NCBI GenBank assembly: GCA_021163155.1
Contig: JAGGXI010000014.1
Coordinates: 2,539-66,538 of the forward strand
From: Candidatus Aerophobota bacterium
GTDB lineage: Bacteria; Aerophobota; Aerophobia; Aerophobales; JAGGXI01
Direction: 5' to 3'
DNA: 64,000 bases
Positions 9,387-19,812 of this stretch are shown one piece after another (within the stretch, counting starts at the first letter, position 1; every line of letters starts with the position of its first letter). The notes beneath the pieces were generated by a model. The model saw only the letters and a list, made by a program, of their open reading frames with translations, was not told the origin of the DNA and ran no database searches. The translations under genes and the position numbers were made by a program.

Positions 9387-10025
9387 TTGATAATGAAAGA
9401 GTATGAATTATATGATTGGATAGGAAGATGGCTTATTAGAGAGAAAGGGTGTCAGCGAGATAAATATTCTTTGGGTTATGCCTGCGAAGTTGAAGTAGCT
9501 GATCGAAGCAAATGTTGGTTTGATTTAGGGCGTGTCGATGTTTTTGGAATAAGATACGAGATTATAAAGGAGAATATAGTCCAACCGGTAGCTCATTTTC
9601 ATGGACACATAGTTGAAGCAAAATTAAAGGAAAATGATGTAAATGAAATGTTGAGTAAGGTTGTAAGAGATATTAAGAGATTGCCACAAGGTAAATTTGT
9701 AAAAACTTCATTTGGTGGTGATAGCTTATCTTTTTATATTGCTTATCCGGCAGAGGTAGTTGCTGATGATATTATTTCAATTTGCAAAGATTATGGTATT
9801 GGAATCTTAAAATTACGGATAGTCAATGATTCTAGGGTATATGTAAATGAACTTCCTCAAGTTCAGCCAGAACCAAAAGCATGGCAAGCTATAACTAATT
9901 CAGCACAAAAGGACGCAGGATATTTCCATGATGCCTTATTAGAATGGAATTGTCTACTCCAAGTAATCCCGCAACCAACAGAATTTTATAATGGCTTGTT
10001 AAAAGTAAACAAAGGTCAGAGTTAA
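9387..10025 (+). CDS. Hypothetical protein with a PD-(D/E)xK-like signature; candidate nuclease
   Basis: 212-aa ORF immediately after the truncated MTase. GRVDVFGIRYEIIKENIVQPVAHFHGHIVEAKLK gives a D...EAK arrangement consistent with a (P)D-x(n)-(D/E)-x-K nuclease core. Confidence 0.5.
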   Translation: MIMKEYELYDWIGRWLIREKGCQRDKYSLGYACEVEVADRSKCWFDLGRVDVFGIRYEIIKENIVQPVAHFHGHIVEAKLKENDVNEMLSKVVRDIKRLPQGKFVKTSFGGDSLSFYIAYPAEVVADDIISICKDYGIGILKLRIVNDSRVYVNELPQVQPEPKAWQAITNSAQKDAGYFHDALLEWNCLLQVIPQPTEFYNGLLKVNKGQS

Positions 10026-10079
10026 AATTTCTAAAAATTTAAGGAAAACAACATCTCTAAAATAGTCGGGAGAGCAAAA

Positions 10080-10331
10080 ATGAAAACTTATGTTTTCAAG
10101 GTAGTGCTTGAAGAAGATCCTTTTGAAGATGGAAGAATGGCCTACCATGTATTTTGCCCAGCCTTAAAGGGAGCAAGTACCTGGGGCTATACAAAAAAAG
10201 AAGCTTTAAAAAACATCAGAGAAGTAATTGAGATGACTATAGAAAGTATGATTGAGCATAAAGAGAAAATCCCAGAAACGCTGGAAGAGGTCCAAATTTT
10301 CTCTGAACCAAAAGTAGCTGTTACTGTATGA
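10080..10331 (+). CDS. hicB: HicB-family antitoxin (UPF0150 / RNase-H-like fold)
   Basis: 83-aa ORF MKTYVFKVVLEEDPFEDGRMAYHVFCPALKGASTWGYTKKEALKNIREVIEMTIE, a typical HicB N-domain. GGA at 10066-10068 lies 12 nt upstream of the ATG. Confidence 0.75.
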   Translation: MKTYVFKVVLEEDPFEDGRMAYHVFCPALKGASTWGYTKKEALKNIREVIEMTIESMIEHKEKIPETLEEVQIFSEPKVAVTV

Positions 10332-10583
10332 GCAAAATTGATTATTCAAAACTGCACTCTCTGACTGCCAGAAAAACTGGCTAGCGCTTTAAGAAGAGAT
10401 GGATTCAATCTTGATTGGAAATCAGGGAGTCATTACCAGTAGCTTCACCATGATGGAAAAAGAATAACTGTTTCTTTCCATCACCCAACTGATAACTTCC
10501 GACATAAGATCCTCAAAACTATGGTTGAAGAGCAAGCTAAATGGACTGAGGAAGATCTAAAAAGACCCAAACTTCTAAAGTGA
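10329..10583 (+). pseudogene. hicA: hicA (HicA mRNA-interferase toxin) pseudogene: one frameshift plus one internal TAG
   Basis: Three-frame reading gives MSKIDYSKLHSLTARKTG/SALRRDGFNLDWKSGSHYQ*LHHDGKRITVSFHHPTDNFRHKILKTMVEEQAKWTEEDLKRPKLLK. This matches the HicA consensus (GSHhqfrHpdG...tVPhH). It is disrupted at about 10385 (frameshift) and about 10441 (TAG). The start overlaps the hicB stop as in hicBA operons. Confidence 0.65.
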
Positions 10584-10589
10584 ATCTAT

Positions 10590-11108
10590 GCCTTACCGAT
10601 ACAAAAGAGAGCCATTATGATGAGGTAAACAGGCTAACCAACGCCTGTGATACTTTCCGGGAAAAGTTTGTGCTTGGACATTCTTAGATACAGGTTTGAG
10701 ATTATTAGAGTTCGCTGACCTTAAAAAAGATAATATCCAATGGCGGGAAAGAAGATTAGTTATTTATGGCAAAGGTGGCCCTTATGGTAAAAAGACAAAG
10801 AGGAGTCATCCCAATGACAGATAGAGTAAGAAGATTAATTGAATACCACTTTGCTGAAAACAATGCAACCGGAATAGGTAAAAGAACATTTGAAAGAGTA
10901 GTTAAGGGAGTAGCTGATGAAGCTGGAATCTTAAAACCGGTAAGTCCTCATGTTTTACGACATACCTTTGCGGTGAATTGTATTAAAAAGGGAATCTCTA
11001 CCAGAGCCCTGTAAACCCTTTTAGGCTATGATAGATTGGCGACTACTGAGATTTATCTTAACCTTTTCCCGAGAGGATGCTATCAGGGAGTTTTTGAATA
11101 TAAGCGAT
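10590..11108 (+). pseudogene. Tyrosine recombinase (phage-integrase family) remnant with internal stops
   Basis: Translation gives ...DLKKDNIQWRERRLVIYGKGGPYGKK... and then HVLRHTFAVNCIKKGISTRAL*TLLGYDRLATTEIYLNLF. This is the box II HxLRHTFA region plus the catalytic-Tyr region LGHxxxxTTxIY. It is interrupted by TAA at about 11012 and by upstream stops. Confidence 0.65.
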
Positions 11109-11154
11109 AGTCATATATAATTAGTTATACCTATAAAAATAAGGAGATATCAAA

Positions 11155-11694
11155 ATGGCTACGGGTAGAAGTATACAGCTTGCAAAACAAACAGGTGAAT
11201 ATCTAGTTTCTGCCGAATTATGTCGTAGAGGATTAATCTCAACCACATTTACCGGAAATGTCCCCGAGTTTGATATTCTGGCGATTAATGAGAAATTACA
11301 AACTATTCCCATTCAGGTTAAGACAATCACTGGTGGAACCTGGCAATTTAATGCAGATACATTCCTCGATATTAAAAAAACTTCCAATGACATCCAAATG
11401 GTGAAAGGGAAAAGAAAAATTTCTAATTCGGAATTAATATGCATATTTGTAAGACTAAGAGATCAAAATCTAGATGAATTTTACATTTTTCGGAAAAAGA
11501 CTCTCCAAGACATTATTTACAACAACTACACAAAATACCTATCTTCAAAAAATGGTAAAAGACCAAAAAATCCAAAATCAACTCATTGTGCAATCAAAAC
11601 AGATGATTTAAAAGATTTCAGAGACAATTGGGGCTTGATAAAAGACAATCAACAACTTCAAACCCCAAAACCACCAGTCAATAAGTTTAGATAA
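11155..11694 (+). CDS. Hypothetical protein with a restriction-endonuclease-like (Hjc/PD-(D/E)xK-type) N-terminal motif arrangement and a basic C-terminal tail
   Basis: 179-aa ORF with GGAG at 11142-11145, 9 nt upstream of the ATG. GEYLVSAELCRRGLI...VPEFDILAINEKLQTIPIQVKT gives E...D...QVK spacing like Hjc-type nucleases, with Q in place of the usual E. Confidence 0.5.
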   Translation: MATGRSIQLAKQTGEYLVSAELCRRGLISTTFTGNVPEFDILAINEKLQTIPIQVKTITGGTWQFNADTFLDIKKTSNDIQMVKGKRKISNSELICIFVRLRDQNLDEFYIFRKKTLQDIIYNNYTKYLSSKNGKRPKNPKSTHCAIKTDDLKDFRDNWGLIKDNQQLQTPKPPVNKFR

Positions 11695-11808
11695 ATAAAC
11701 CCGGGAATAAGCTTCAAAATTTGACATCTCCTCTTGCATTTGCTATCCTTACAGTAAGAAAGTAAATTTATGCAACAAAGAGTTCAAAACTCAAATAAGG
11801 AGGAGGAA

Positions 11809-12231
11809 ATGCCTGTAGTGAGGATTGGCCCAAAACATCAAGTAACTATCCCCAAAGAGGTTTTTAATCGGCTTCACCTAAAGGCCGGAGATTTTTTAGA
11901 GGCGATTGCTCAACAAGGGAAAATTGTTATGGTTCCAAGGCAACTTACTGTCAAAGCTCCAGCTCCCTCTCTTAATAAAAAAGAACAAGAGATTCTCTCT
12001 CAAGTCAGAGAAAAAATTAACCAGATTCAAAAGGACATTCTCCACTCTCAAGGTCTTACTAAAGAGGAGATAAAAATAGCCTGTAAAGTAAGTCTGATTG
12101 ACAAAGATCAGGCCTGGTGGTGGACTGAGGAATGGCAAAAAAAAGAAAGAGAGGCAGAAAGAGATATAAAAGAAGGAAAGGTTAAAAGATTTACTAATGT
12201 AGAGGGCCTTATTAAAGACCTTCACTCATGA
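11809..12231 (+). CDS. AbrB/SpoVT/MazE-fold antitoxin with a C-terminal coiled-coil extension
   Basis: MPVVRIGPKHQVTIPKEVFNRLHLKAGDFLEA is a swapped-hairpin AbrB-type DNA-binding domain. The AGGAGGAGG SD sits immediately upstream of the 11809 ATG; the ORF track extends to 11770. Its stop overlaps the downstream toxin start (ATGA). Confidence 0.7.
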   Translation: MPVVRIGPKHQVTIPKEVFNRLHLKAGDFLEAIAQQGKIVMVPRQLTVKAPAPSLNKKEQEILSQVREKINQIQKDILHSQGLTKEEIKIACKVSLIDKDQAWWWTEEWQKKEREAERDIKEGKVKRFTNVEGLIKDLHS

Positions 12232-12488
12232 AGATCATCCGAGCCGATTCATTTAAACGGGACTACAAAAAGCTGCTAGACAAAGTGAAAAAACAAACAG
12301 ATAAAGCCCTACAACTTCTGATAGCTAATTTATTCCATCCCTCCTTGAAAGCTAAAAAGATAAAAAGTAGAGAAAATATTCGGGAAGCAAGGGTAACTAA
12401 AGATTACAGGTTTAGCTTTGAAATAAGAGGTGATACCTATATCTTACGCAGAATAGGTAAACATGAAGAGGTTTTGAGAAAACCTTAA
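12228..12488 (+). CDS. RelE/ParE-family toxin
   Basis: 86-aa ORF. HPSLKAKKIKSRENIREARVTKDYRFSFEIRGDTYILRRIGKHEEV fits the RelE/StbE pattern (HP.L..kkL.g....wr.Rv.dyRiiy.i.......lr.g.r..vy). It overlaps the antitoxin by 4 nt. Confidence 0.7.
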   Translation: MKIIRADSFKRDYKKLLDKVKKQTDKALQLLIANLFHPSLKAKKIKSRENIREARVTKDYRFSFEIRGDTYILRRIGKHEEVLRKP

Positions 12489-12876
12489 GATAAAATATTA
12501 ACACAGAACCATTGTACCTTGATACCAATATATCATCCGTGACAAATCATACAAAAAAGATTAAACTAACTAAATAAAGATTAAAGTTACTAAATCTAAA
12601 CATTTAAAAATTTATAACCAATTTAAAAACCAAAGGAGAAATAATGGGTTGTAAAAGGTCATATAGTTACTGATTCCCTTTTTGCTTCACGGACAGTTTG
12701 ATAATCTTTAATATAAACTTCTTCGTACTTTACCGATCACCAGAGAGTTTCTTGTCCCCTTTAATCCTTTATCTCTCTAATCCTTTAACCCTAACTTCGC
12801 TTGCCTTTTATAAAAAAATAGCTATCATAATTTAAACAATGTAATTATATAATTTGTGATTTTTTAGAGGAGGCCA

Positions 12877-14430
12877 ATGTCTCAAGAACTTCATAAAGAA
12901 ATGATAGCTATTCTCGATTTTGGCGCACAGTATAATCAACTGATTGCTCGTCGAGTCAGAGAAAGTAAGGTTTATTGTAAGATTCTTCCCTTTGATATAT
13001 CACTTTCTAAATTAATTAGCTTGAATCCTAAAGGTATTATCCTCTCAGGTAGTCCGGCCAGCGTGACTCAAAAAGAGGCTCCTTTTCCTCATCCTGAGAT
13101 TCTTAATTTAGGAATCCCTATTTTGGGTATTTGTTATGGGATGCAGGTATTAGCTCAACTTTTAGATGGTGAGGTTACTTCAATCTCAAAAAGGGAATAT
13201 GGGAAAGCTGATCTCATTATAGATAATGATGGAGAGCTGTTTTATGGGATGAAGTCTCCATTAATTGTCTGGATGAGCCATGAAGACCAAATAAGTAAGC
13301 CTCCTACGAGTTTTGAAATTATTGCTCACACGAAAAATTGTCCCGTAGCTGCCATGAAAGACAGAAAACATAGATTTTATGGGGTTCAATTTCATCCTGA
13401 GGTTGTTCATACTCCTCAAGGGAAGAAGATAATCCAAAATTTTCTTTTTAGAATATGCAAATGTATTCCCAATTGGACTATGAGTTCTTTTATTGACTAT
13501 TCTGTGGAAAGAATAAGGGAGAAAGTGGGTAATGGTAAAGTAGTCTGTGCTTTAAGTGGCGGAGTAGATTCATCTGTAACTGCTGTATTAGTAAATAAAG
13601 CTATTGGAGATAGATTGGAATGCGTATTTGTTAATAATGGGCTTCTTCGAAAGGATGAGATAGAGGAGGTAATAGTTACCTTCACTTGCCACTTTCATCT
13701 GAATTTGCATTATGTTGACGCAGAGAATAGATTTTTAAATAAATTGGTTGGAATAACTGACCCGGAGAGAAAAAGAAAAATTATTGGTGGGGAGTTTATT
13801 CGGATTTTTTGGGAAGAGGCAAGGAAAATTGGCAAGATAGACTTTCTTGCTCAAGGGACTCTTTATCCCGATGTAATTGAGAGCCATTCTACTAAAGGTG
13901 GACCATCAGCTACTATTAAGAGTCATCATAATGTAGGGGGTTTACCCTCCAATATGCCTTTTAAACTGCTTGAGCCATTAAAGGATCTGTTTAAGGATGA
14001 GGTGAGAATTTTGGGAAAAAAACTGGGTTTACCAAATACGGTTGTGGATAGGCAACCTTTTCCTGGGCCGGGTCTGGCAGTGAGAATTATAGGTGAAATT
14101 ACTAAAGAACGTCTTAGGATTTTACGAGATGCTGATGTAATAGTTGCTCAGGAGATGCAGAAATATGAGAAATTTTCGGAGATTTGGCAATCATTTGCTG
14201 TATTGCTGCCTATAAGAAGTGTGGGAGTGATGGGAGATGAACGGACATACGAGTATACTATTGTTCTTCGAGCTGTTAGCAGTTTAGATGGGATGACGGC
14301 TAATTGGGTTAGAATTCCTTATGATATTTTAGATAAAATTTCTCGACGGATTATTAATGAGGTAAGAGGGGTAAATAGAGTAGTTTATGACATCAGTTCT
14401 AAGCCTCCCAGCACTATTGAGTGGGAGTAA
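12877..14430 (+). CDS. guaA: GMP synthase (glutamine-hydrolysing)
   Basis: 517-aa ORF. N-terminal GATase1 (GICYGMQ catalytic Cys), [11 protein letters not shown]-PPase P-loop, C-terminal dimerisation domain ending IEWE. Confidence 0.95.
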   Translation: MSQELHKEMIAILDFGAQYNQLIARRVRESKVYCKILPFDISLSKLISLNPKGIILSGSPASVTQKEAPFPHPEILNLGIPILGICYGMQVLAQLLDGEVTSISKREYGKADLIIDNDGELFYGMKSPLIVWMSHEDQISKPPTSFEIIAHTKNCPVAAMKDRKHRFYGVQFHPEVVHTPQGKKIIQNFLFRICKCIPNWTMSSFIDYSVERIREKVGNGKVVCALSGGVDSSVTAVLVNKAIGDRLECVFVNNGLLRKDEIEEVIVTFTCHFHLNLHYVDAENRFLNKLVGITDPERKRKIIGGEFIRIFWEEARKIGKIDFLAQGTLYPDVIESHSTKGGPSATIKSHHNVGGLPSNMPFKLLEPLKDLFKDEVRILGKKLGLPNTVVDRQPFPGPGLAVRIIGEITKERLRILRDADVIVAQEMQKYEKFSEIWQSFAVLLPIRSVGVMGDERTYEYTIVLRAVSSLDGMTANWVRIPYDILDKISRRIINEVRGVNRVVYDISSKPPSTIEWE

Positions 14431-14450
14431 GAAGAAAAGGGGGAGATAGA

Positions 14451-14708
14451 GTGTTTGAAGCAGAAGTATTTATAACTTTTAAAGAAGGACTATTAGACCC
14501 TCAAGGGATAGCTATAAAAGGAGCCCTTGTATCTTTAGGTTACGATAATATATCCGATGTTCGTGTGGGAAAGTATATTTGTATAAAGCTAAATAATCAG
14601 GATAAAGATAAGGCTAAGAGCGAGTTGGAGGAGATGTGCGCAAAACTTTTATCAAATCCAGTTATCGAGAATTATAGGTATAAGATTATGGAGAAGAGTT
14701 CAGAATGA
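14451..14708 (+). CDS. purS: Phosphoribosylformylglycinamidine synthase subunit PurS
   Basis: PurS-like sequence [47 protein letters not shown]. The GTG at 14451 follows AAGGGGGAGA; the ORF track starts at the upstream GTG 14421. Stop overlaps the purQ start. Confidence 0.85.
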   Translation: MFEAEVFITFKEGLLDPQGIAIKGALVSLGYDNISDVRVGKYICIKLNNQDKDKAKSELEEMCAKLLSNPVIENYRYKIMEKSSE

Positions 14709-15409
14709 AGTTTGGAGTAATTGTATTTCCTGGTTCAAATTGTGATTATGATTGCTACTGGGTGGTTAAGCGTATATTAAGGAAAAAGGTTGACTTTATC
14801 TGGCATAAAGAAAGAAATCTCTCTGGTTATGATTGTCTTATTCTTCCCGGCGGTTTTTCTTATGGTGATTATCTTCGCACAGGTGCTATAGCCAGGTTTT
14901 CTCCTGTTATGAATGCGGTAGAGGCTTATGCCAGGAATGGAGGATTAATAATTGGTATATGTAATGGATTTCAGGTTCTCCTTGAAGCAGGCCTATTACC
15001 TGGAGCTATGGTAAGTAATAAAAGTCTTCAATTTATCTGTAAATTTATCTATATTCGGGTAGAGAATGATGCAACTCCTTACACTAACCTGTTTCATAAA
15101 GGACAAATTCTCAAAATCCCCATTGCTCATAATGAAGGAAATTATTATGCTGATGTGAAAACTATACAGGCTTTAAATAAAAACAATCAGATTGTTTTTA
15201 GATATTGTGATGAGAAAGGAACTGTTTCTAAGGCATCCAATCCCAACGGAGCAAAGGAATCTATAGCTGCTATCTGCAATAAAGAGGGCAATATTTTAGG
15301 GATAATGCCTCATCCAGAAAGAGCCTCTGAGCGGCTTTTAGGTTCAAAAGATGGGAGGGGTATTTTTGAGTCAATAATAAAATGGATTGAATCAAAGGAA
15401 GCAAATTGA
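14705..15409 (+). CDS. purQ: Phosphoribosylformylglycinamidine synthase I (glutaminase subunit PurQ)
   Basis: 234-aa [26 protein letters not shown] catalytic Cys and HPE motif (MPHPERA). Confidence 0.95.
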   Translation: MKFGVIVFPGSNCDYDCYWVVKRILRKKVDFIWHKERNLSGYDCLILPGGFSYGDYLRTGAIARFSPVMNAVEAYARNGGLIIGICNGFQVLLEAGLLPGAMVSNKSLQFICKFIYIRVENDATPYTNLFHKGQILKIPIAHNEGNYYADVKTIQALNKNNQIVFRYCDEKGTVSKASNPNGAKESIAAICNKEGNILGIMPHPERASERLLGSKDGRGIFESIIKWIESKEAN

Positions 15410-17655
15410 AAGAACCTAAAAGGATAACTCTTGAGCTAATAAAGTCGCATGGATTAACCAGGGAAGAGTATAAAAGAATTAAGGAAATTCTTGGGAGAGA
15501 GCCAAATTTTACTGAATTGGGCATCTTTTCTGTAATGTGGAGTGAGCATTGCAGCTATAAAAGCTCAAAGCTTGTTTTAAAATTATTTCCTATTACAGGC
15601 GAGAGTATATTAATTAAGGCAGGGGAAGAGAATGCAGGAGTGATTGATATTGGTGATGGATTGGCTGTAGTGATGAAAGTAGAATCACACAATCATCCTT
15701 CTGCAATAGAACCTGAGCAAGGAGCAGCTACTGGTATTGGAGGTATTGTTAGAGATATATTTACTATGGGCGCTCGGCCTGTGGCTCTTCTTGATTCTCT
15801 CCGTTTTGGTCCTTTAAATAATGGTCGTAATCATTATCTATTTAGTAAGGTGGTGGAAGGAATAGCTAGATATGGTAACTGCCTCGGAATACCTACTGTA
15901 GCAGGAGAGATCTATTTTGATAATACTTATGAAGGTAATCCTGTAGTCAATGTAATGTGTGTAGGGATAGCGTATAAAGAAGAACTTATTAAAGGCAGGG
16001 CAAGTGGGATAGGTAACTCTATTCTTTATGTGGGTTCAGATACAGGCCGAGATGGTCTGGGGGGAGCGAGCTTTGCCTCTCGAGAGCTTACCGAAGAATC
16101 AGAGAGGGATAGACCTGCTGTTCAAATAGGAGACCCTTTTAAAGAAAAACTACTTCTTGAAGCTTGTCTTGAGCTTCTAAAGACCAAAGTTGTAATAGGT
16201 ATGCAGGATATGGGGGCAGCTGGACTTACCTCATCTATTTCAGAGATGGCTTCTCGGGGAGACTGTGGTGTTCAAATAGATATCTCTCTTGTTCCTAAAA
16301 GAGAAAAGGGAATGATTCCTTATGAGGTAATGTTGTCAGAATCACAAGAGAGAATGGTCCTCATTGTTAAAAAGGGAAAAGAAGAAATTGCTAAGAATGT
16401 CTTTAAAAAATGGGATCTTCATGCCGTTAATATTGGAAAGGTAACCAATGATGGTGTTTTCCGTGTATTAGATAAAGGTAAGATAGTAGCTCAGATTCCT
16501 GTTAAAGCCTTAGTAGATGATGCTCCAGTATATATTAGAGAGAAGAAAAAGCCGAGATATCTATCACAGATAAAGAATTTTAGTGTTTCTCAAATTTTTG
16601 AACCTTCTAACTATAATGATATTTTAAAGAGACTACTAAATTCACCAACTATCTCCTCAAAACAATGGGTTTATCGACAATATGACCATATGGTGAGGAC
16701 AGATACTATCCTTTTACCGGGTGCAGATAGCAGCCTTATTCGAATTAAGGGAACAAAAAAAGCTATTGCTCTTACTATAGACGGTAATGGAGGCTATGCT
16801 TATCTTAATCCTTATGAAGGGGGAAAGATTGCTGTAGCTGAGGCGGCCAGAAATGTTGTCTGTGTAGGGGCTAAACCGTTAGCCATCACTAATTGTCTTA
16901 ATTTTGGAAATCCTACTAAACCTGAGGTTTCTTGGCAATTTAAAAAATGTGTTGAGGGAATGGCTGAAGCTTGCCGTATTTTAAGGACACCAGTAACAGG
17001 AGGTAATGTTAGTTTTTATAATGAGAATCCTAAAGGGGCTATTGACCCAACTCCTGTGGTAGGAATGCTTGGTTTACTCGACGACATTAACCATTACTGC
17101 ACGCCAAATTTTAAGAAGAAAGGAGACATCGTTATTCTTTTAGGAAAATTAGGCAGAGAGCAGGAGTTAGGAGGTAGTGAGTATATTAAATTAATTCATA
17201 ATCTTAAGATAGGAGAGTCACCTAGAATTGATCTAAAAGAGGAAAAAGCAGTTCAAAGGACCTGTATTGAAATAATTGAAGCTGGTTTGATTAATTCTGC
17301 TCATGATTGCTCTGAGGGTGGCTTAGCCGTTGCTTTAGCTGAGTGTTGTATTTTAAGCCCTGAGTGTAAAATTGGTGCACTCATTAACTTCTCACCTCTT
17401 ATACATCATCTTTTAACTATGAGAGCTGATGCCTTACTTTTTAATGAGGCTCAATCCCGTATTATAATCTCCTTCCCCCCTGATAATTTTGCTAAGATAA
17501 AAGATTTCACTGAGAAGAACAATGTCTCTTTCTTTCAGTTAGGGACAGTAGGAGGAAAGGGATTGGTTATTGAAAGAGATGAAAAGAAGTTAATAGATAT
17601 CTCTGTAGATGAATTAGAAGATTATTATTATCGCTCTTTTTCTAGAAGTGTTTAA
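15406..17655 (+). CDS. purL: Phosphoribosylformylglycinamidine synthase II (PurL, small form)
   Basis: 749-aa ORF with duplicated PurM-like domains. [11 protein letters not shown]-type motif and canonical purSQL gene order. Confidence 0.95.
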   Translation: MKEPKRITLELIKSHGLTREEYKRIKEILGREPNFTELGIFSVMWSEHCSYKSSKLVLKLFPITGESILIKAGEENAGVIDIGDGLAVVMKVESHNHPSAIEPEQGAATGIGGIVRDIFTMGARPVALLDSLRFGPLNNGRNHYLFSKVVEGIARYGNCLGIPTVAGEIYFDNTYEGNPVVNVMCVGIAYKEELIKGRASGIGNSILYVGSDTGRDGLGGASFASRELTEESERDRPAVQIGDPFKEKLLLEACLELLKTKVVIGMQDMGAAGLTSSISEMASRGDCGVQIDISLVPKREKGMIPYEVMLSESQERMVLIVKKGKEEIAKNVFKKWDLHAVNIGKVTNDGVFRVLDKGKIVAQIPVKALVDDAPVYIREKKKPRYLSQIKNFSVSQIFEPSNYNDILKRLLNSPTISSKQWVYRQYDHMVRTDTILLPGADSSLIRIKGTKKAIALTIDGNGGYAYLNPYEGGKIAVAEAARNVVCVGAKPLAITNCLNFGNPTKPEVSWQFKKCVEGMAEACRILRTPVTGGNVSFYNENPKGAIDPTPVVGMLGLLDDINHYCTPNFKKKGDIVILLGKLGREQELGGSEYIKLIHNLKIGESPRIDLKEEKAVQRTCIEIIEAGLINSAHDCSEGGLAVALAECCILSPECKIGALINFSPLIHHLLTMRADALLFNEAQSRIIISFPPDNFAKIKDFTEKNNVSFFQLGTVGGKGLVIERDEKKLIDISVDELEDYYYRSFSRSV

Positions 17656-17763
17656 CCTCAAGTTTGATAATCTAGTAATAGGATGTAAAAATACGGCTTT
17701 GACATTAGAGGTATGACATTTTTATTTTGCAAAAAGTATGACATATTTACTTTGCATTGTGAC

Positions 17764-17866
17764 AATCTATATGAGACCTCTGAAAAACCTCCAGAGGCCT
17801 CAATCTGTGTAATCTCGATTTTTATCTGTGTAATCAGATATTTCTGATTTTTTTAGAAATATCTAT
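17764..17866 (+). repeat. Promoter-proximal double-hairpin repeat (family 2, subtype A)
   Basis: gagacctctgaaaaacctccagaggcctc hairpin, then ctgtgtaatctcgatttttatctg..., then a hairpin with a ttgac-bearing loop. Near-identical copies at 40537 and 54231. Confidence 0.6.
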
Positions 17867-17882
17867 ATTATTATTGACATTT

Positions 17883-17910
17883 TTAAGGAAAGTATTATAG
17901 TCTTATTGAG
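17883..17910 (+). promoter_or_regulatory. Sigma-70-like promoter candidate for cspA
   Basis: ttgaca (17883-17888), 16-nt spacer, tatagt (17905-17910), about 33 nt upstream of the cspA ATG. Lies at the 3' edge of the family-2 repeat. Confidence 0.35.
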
Positions 17911-17942
17911 GTTCACTAATAATTATAAAAAGAGGTGTATGA

Positions 17943-18149
17943 ATGTCAGAAGAAGGAACGGTCAAATGGTTTGATGACCGTAAAGGTTATGGGTTTATCT
18001 CACGAGAAAATGGGGAAGATGTTTTTGTGCATTTTTCCAATATTGTTCGAGAGGGATTTAAGAGTTTAAAGGAAGGTGATAAAGTATCCTTTAATGTGCA
18101 GGATACCGAACGAGGACTTCAAGCAGTTGATGTAGTACGTAAGGAGTAG
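17943..18149 (+). CDS. cspA: Cold-shock protein (CspA family, S1-like CSD)
   Basis: 68-aa [18 protein letters not shown] (RNP1 motif KGYGFI) and VFVHFS (RNP2). Confidence 0.9.
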   Translation: MSEEGTVKWFDDRKGYGFISRENGEDVFVHFSNIVREGFKSLKEGDKVSFNVQDTERGLQAVDVVRKE

Positions 18150-18434
18150 GTAGAGACAAGTGACCCCCCAGCTGGATGATTATAATTAAATTTATAAGTT
18201 AAAGCTTTGTTTTTGATTGTAAGACTTCAGCTGGGATAGCCACCTCAAATTAAATAAATTTAGAAAGTTTGAGTTAAAATACTAGGATTTTAAAATAAGA
18301 TAGAATAATTTGTTTATTTTGAACTAATCAGTAAACAAATGTCTTCAACTGTAAAATCCTAAAAGTAAATAGTTATTTTATTTTTTTAAAAGGGTATTAT
18401 TTGCTATTATTATAATAACTTGTCGCTTATAGTA

Positions 18435-18490
18435 GAGGCCTCTAATCTGTATAATCAAGAATTTCTGATTTTTTCAAAAATTTGTAGAGG
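18435..18490 (+). repeat. Partial copy of the family-2 promoter-proximal repeat
   Basis: gaggcctctaatctgtataatcaagaatttctgattttttcaaaaatttgtagagg. Shares the stem and the ctgtgtaatc core. Lies just upstream of the 18499 gene. Confidence 0.45.
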
Positions 18491-18498
18491 AGGGGTAA

Positions 18499-19782
18499 AT
18501 GGAAAAAAGAAAAAAATTTTTTAAAATTTTAGTCATTGGATTGATTGTAGTAATTGCTGGCTTTTTAACCATTGGTTTAAATATTTCAAAAACCCAAAAT
18601 TTGGCATCAGAAAAAACCTCTCAAAAAAGTATAATATCAAAGAAGTCACCATTTAAAATAAAAACAAAAAATCAAATAAAATCCAGTGATGTAAAATCCA
18701 GTGATGTTTCTGCAAACCAAGTAATTATAGAAGGAATTCTTAAACGAGGAGATTCTCTTTATTCCTCTCTTCATAGGCAGGGAATTTCTCCAGGAGAAAT
18801 TTACAAACTAAAAAAGGCTTTAAGCCCAATAGTCAATATAAATTCTCTTCCTGTTAAGAGTAAATATCGTTTAATACATAATACACAAGGTAAGTTTGTC
18901 GAATTTATCTATAATCTTAACCCTATAGATACTTATATTGTATCTTCTTCTATCTCAGGAGAATTAAAAGCGTATAAGAAAAAACCTATTTTAAAGATTG
19001 TAAAAATAGAAGGTAAAATTGAGGATTCTTTTTACAATGCTGTGCTAAAAGCTAATGAATCTCCCGAGGTAGCTGCAAGCTTTGCTGATATTTTTAAGTG
19101 GCAAATTGATTTCAATACTGAATTACGAAAAGATGATACTTTTAAACTGATAGTAAAAAAGGAAGAACAAAATAATTTTTCTCGTCCAGTAAGGGTATTA
19201 GCTGCTCAATATAAAGGAAAGCTTACAGGAGAATATACGGCAATTTTTTTTAAGGATTCTAATGGGCATAGCGACTATTATACACCTAACGGGAAATCTT
19301 TAAGAAAGGCATTCTTACGAGCACCTTTAAAGTATAAGTATATTAGTTCTCCTTTCTCTTATCATCGTCTTCACCCTGTTTTACGGGTATGGCGTCCCCA
19401 TTTGGGGATTGATTATGCCGCTCCCACAGGAACTCCAGTGGTAGCTATAGCAGATGGTTTAGTAACCACTGTTAGTTGGGCTAACGATTGTGGTAGATAC
19501 ATAAAAATTAAGCATCTCAATAGGTATGAGAGTGTTTATGCTCATCTTTCTCGATATGCAAAAAACATTAAGAGAGGTGTGCGTGTTTATCAAGGGCAAA
19601 TAATTGGCTATGTAGGTTCCAGTGGCTTATCTACAGGCCCTCATTTATATTTTGCTATAAGTAGAAATGGTAAACGAATGAATTTTTTAAAGATGAAAAT
19701 GCCTTCCGCATCTTCTGTTAATTCTAAGGATATCCCTCGATTTAAAGAGATAAAAAGAAACTATTACTCTCTTCTCTCTTAA
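18499..19782 (+). CDS. Membrane-anchored M23-family metallo-endopeptidase
   Basis: 427-aa ORF. N-terminal TM helix (ILVIGLIVVIAGFLTIGL) and C-terminal M23 signature (HLGIDYAAPTGTPVVAIADG ... GSSGLSTGPHLYF). Confidence 0.8.
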   Translation: MEKRKKFFKILVIGLIVVIAGFLTIGLNISKTQNLASEKTSQKSIISKKSPFKIKTKNQIKSSDVKSSDVSANQVIIEGILKRGDSLYSSLHRQGISPGEIYKLKKALSPIVNINSLPVKSKYRLIHNTQGKFVEFIYNLNPIDTYIVSSSISGELKAYKKKPILKIVKIEGKIEDSFYNAVLKANESPEVAASFADIFKWQIDFNTELRKDDTFKLIVKKEEQNNFSRPVRVLAAQYKGKLTGEYTAIFFKDSNGHSDYYTPNGKSLRKAFLRAPLKYKYISSPFSYHRLHPVLRVWRPHLGIDYAAPTGTPVVAIADGLVTTVSWANDCGRYIKIKHLNRYESVYAHLSRYAKNIKRGVRVYQGQIIGYVGSSGLSTGPHLYFAISRNGKRMNFLKMKMPSASSVNSKDIPRFKEIKRNYYSLLS

Positions 19783-19812
19783 AGAGAAAATCCGCTTGTT
19801 TTTTAAACATCA

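Noticed and set aside
12490-12876. A purine or ZTP riboswitch upstream of guaA, and likewise upstream of purH at 4471-4640.
   Set aside because: No purine-aptamer junction motifs (..uauaau..cgug..ccguaaa-like loops) and no ZTP pfl signature (gggucgugac...ccgggcgga) are visible. The regions are better explained by promoters and repeat fragments.
17690-17760. Tandem gtatgacat...tttgca motifs upstream of cspA as a regulator binding site.
   Set aside because: Only two imperfect copies occur, next to a family-2 repeat. The support is too thin to call independently.
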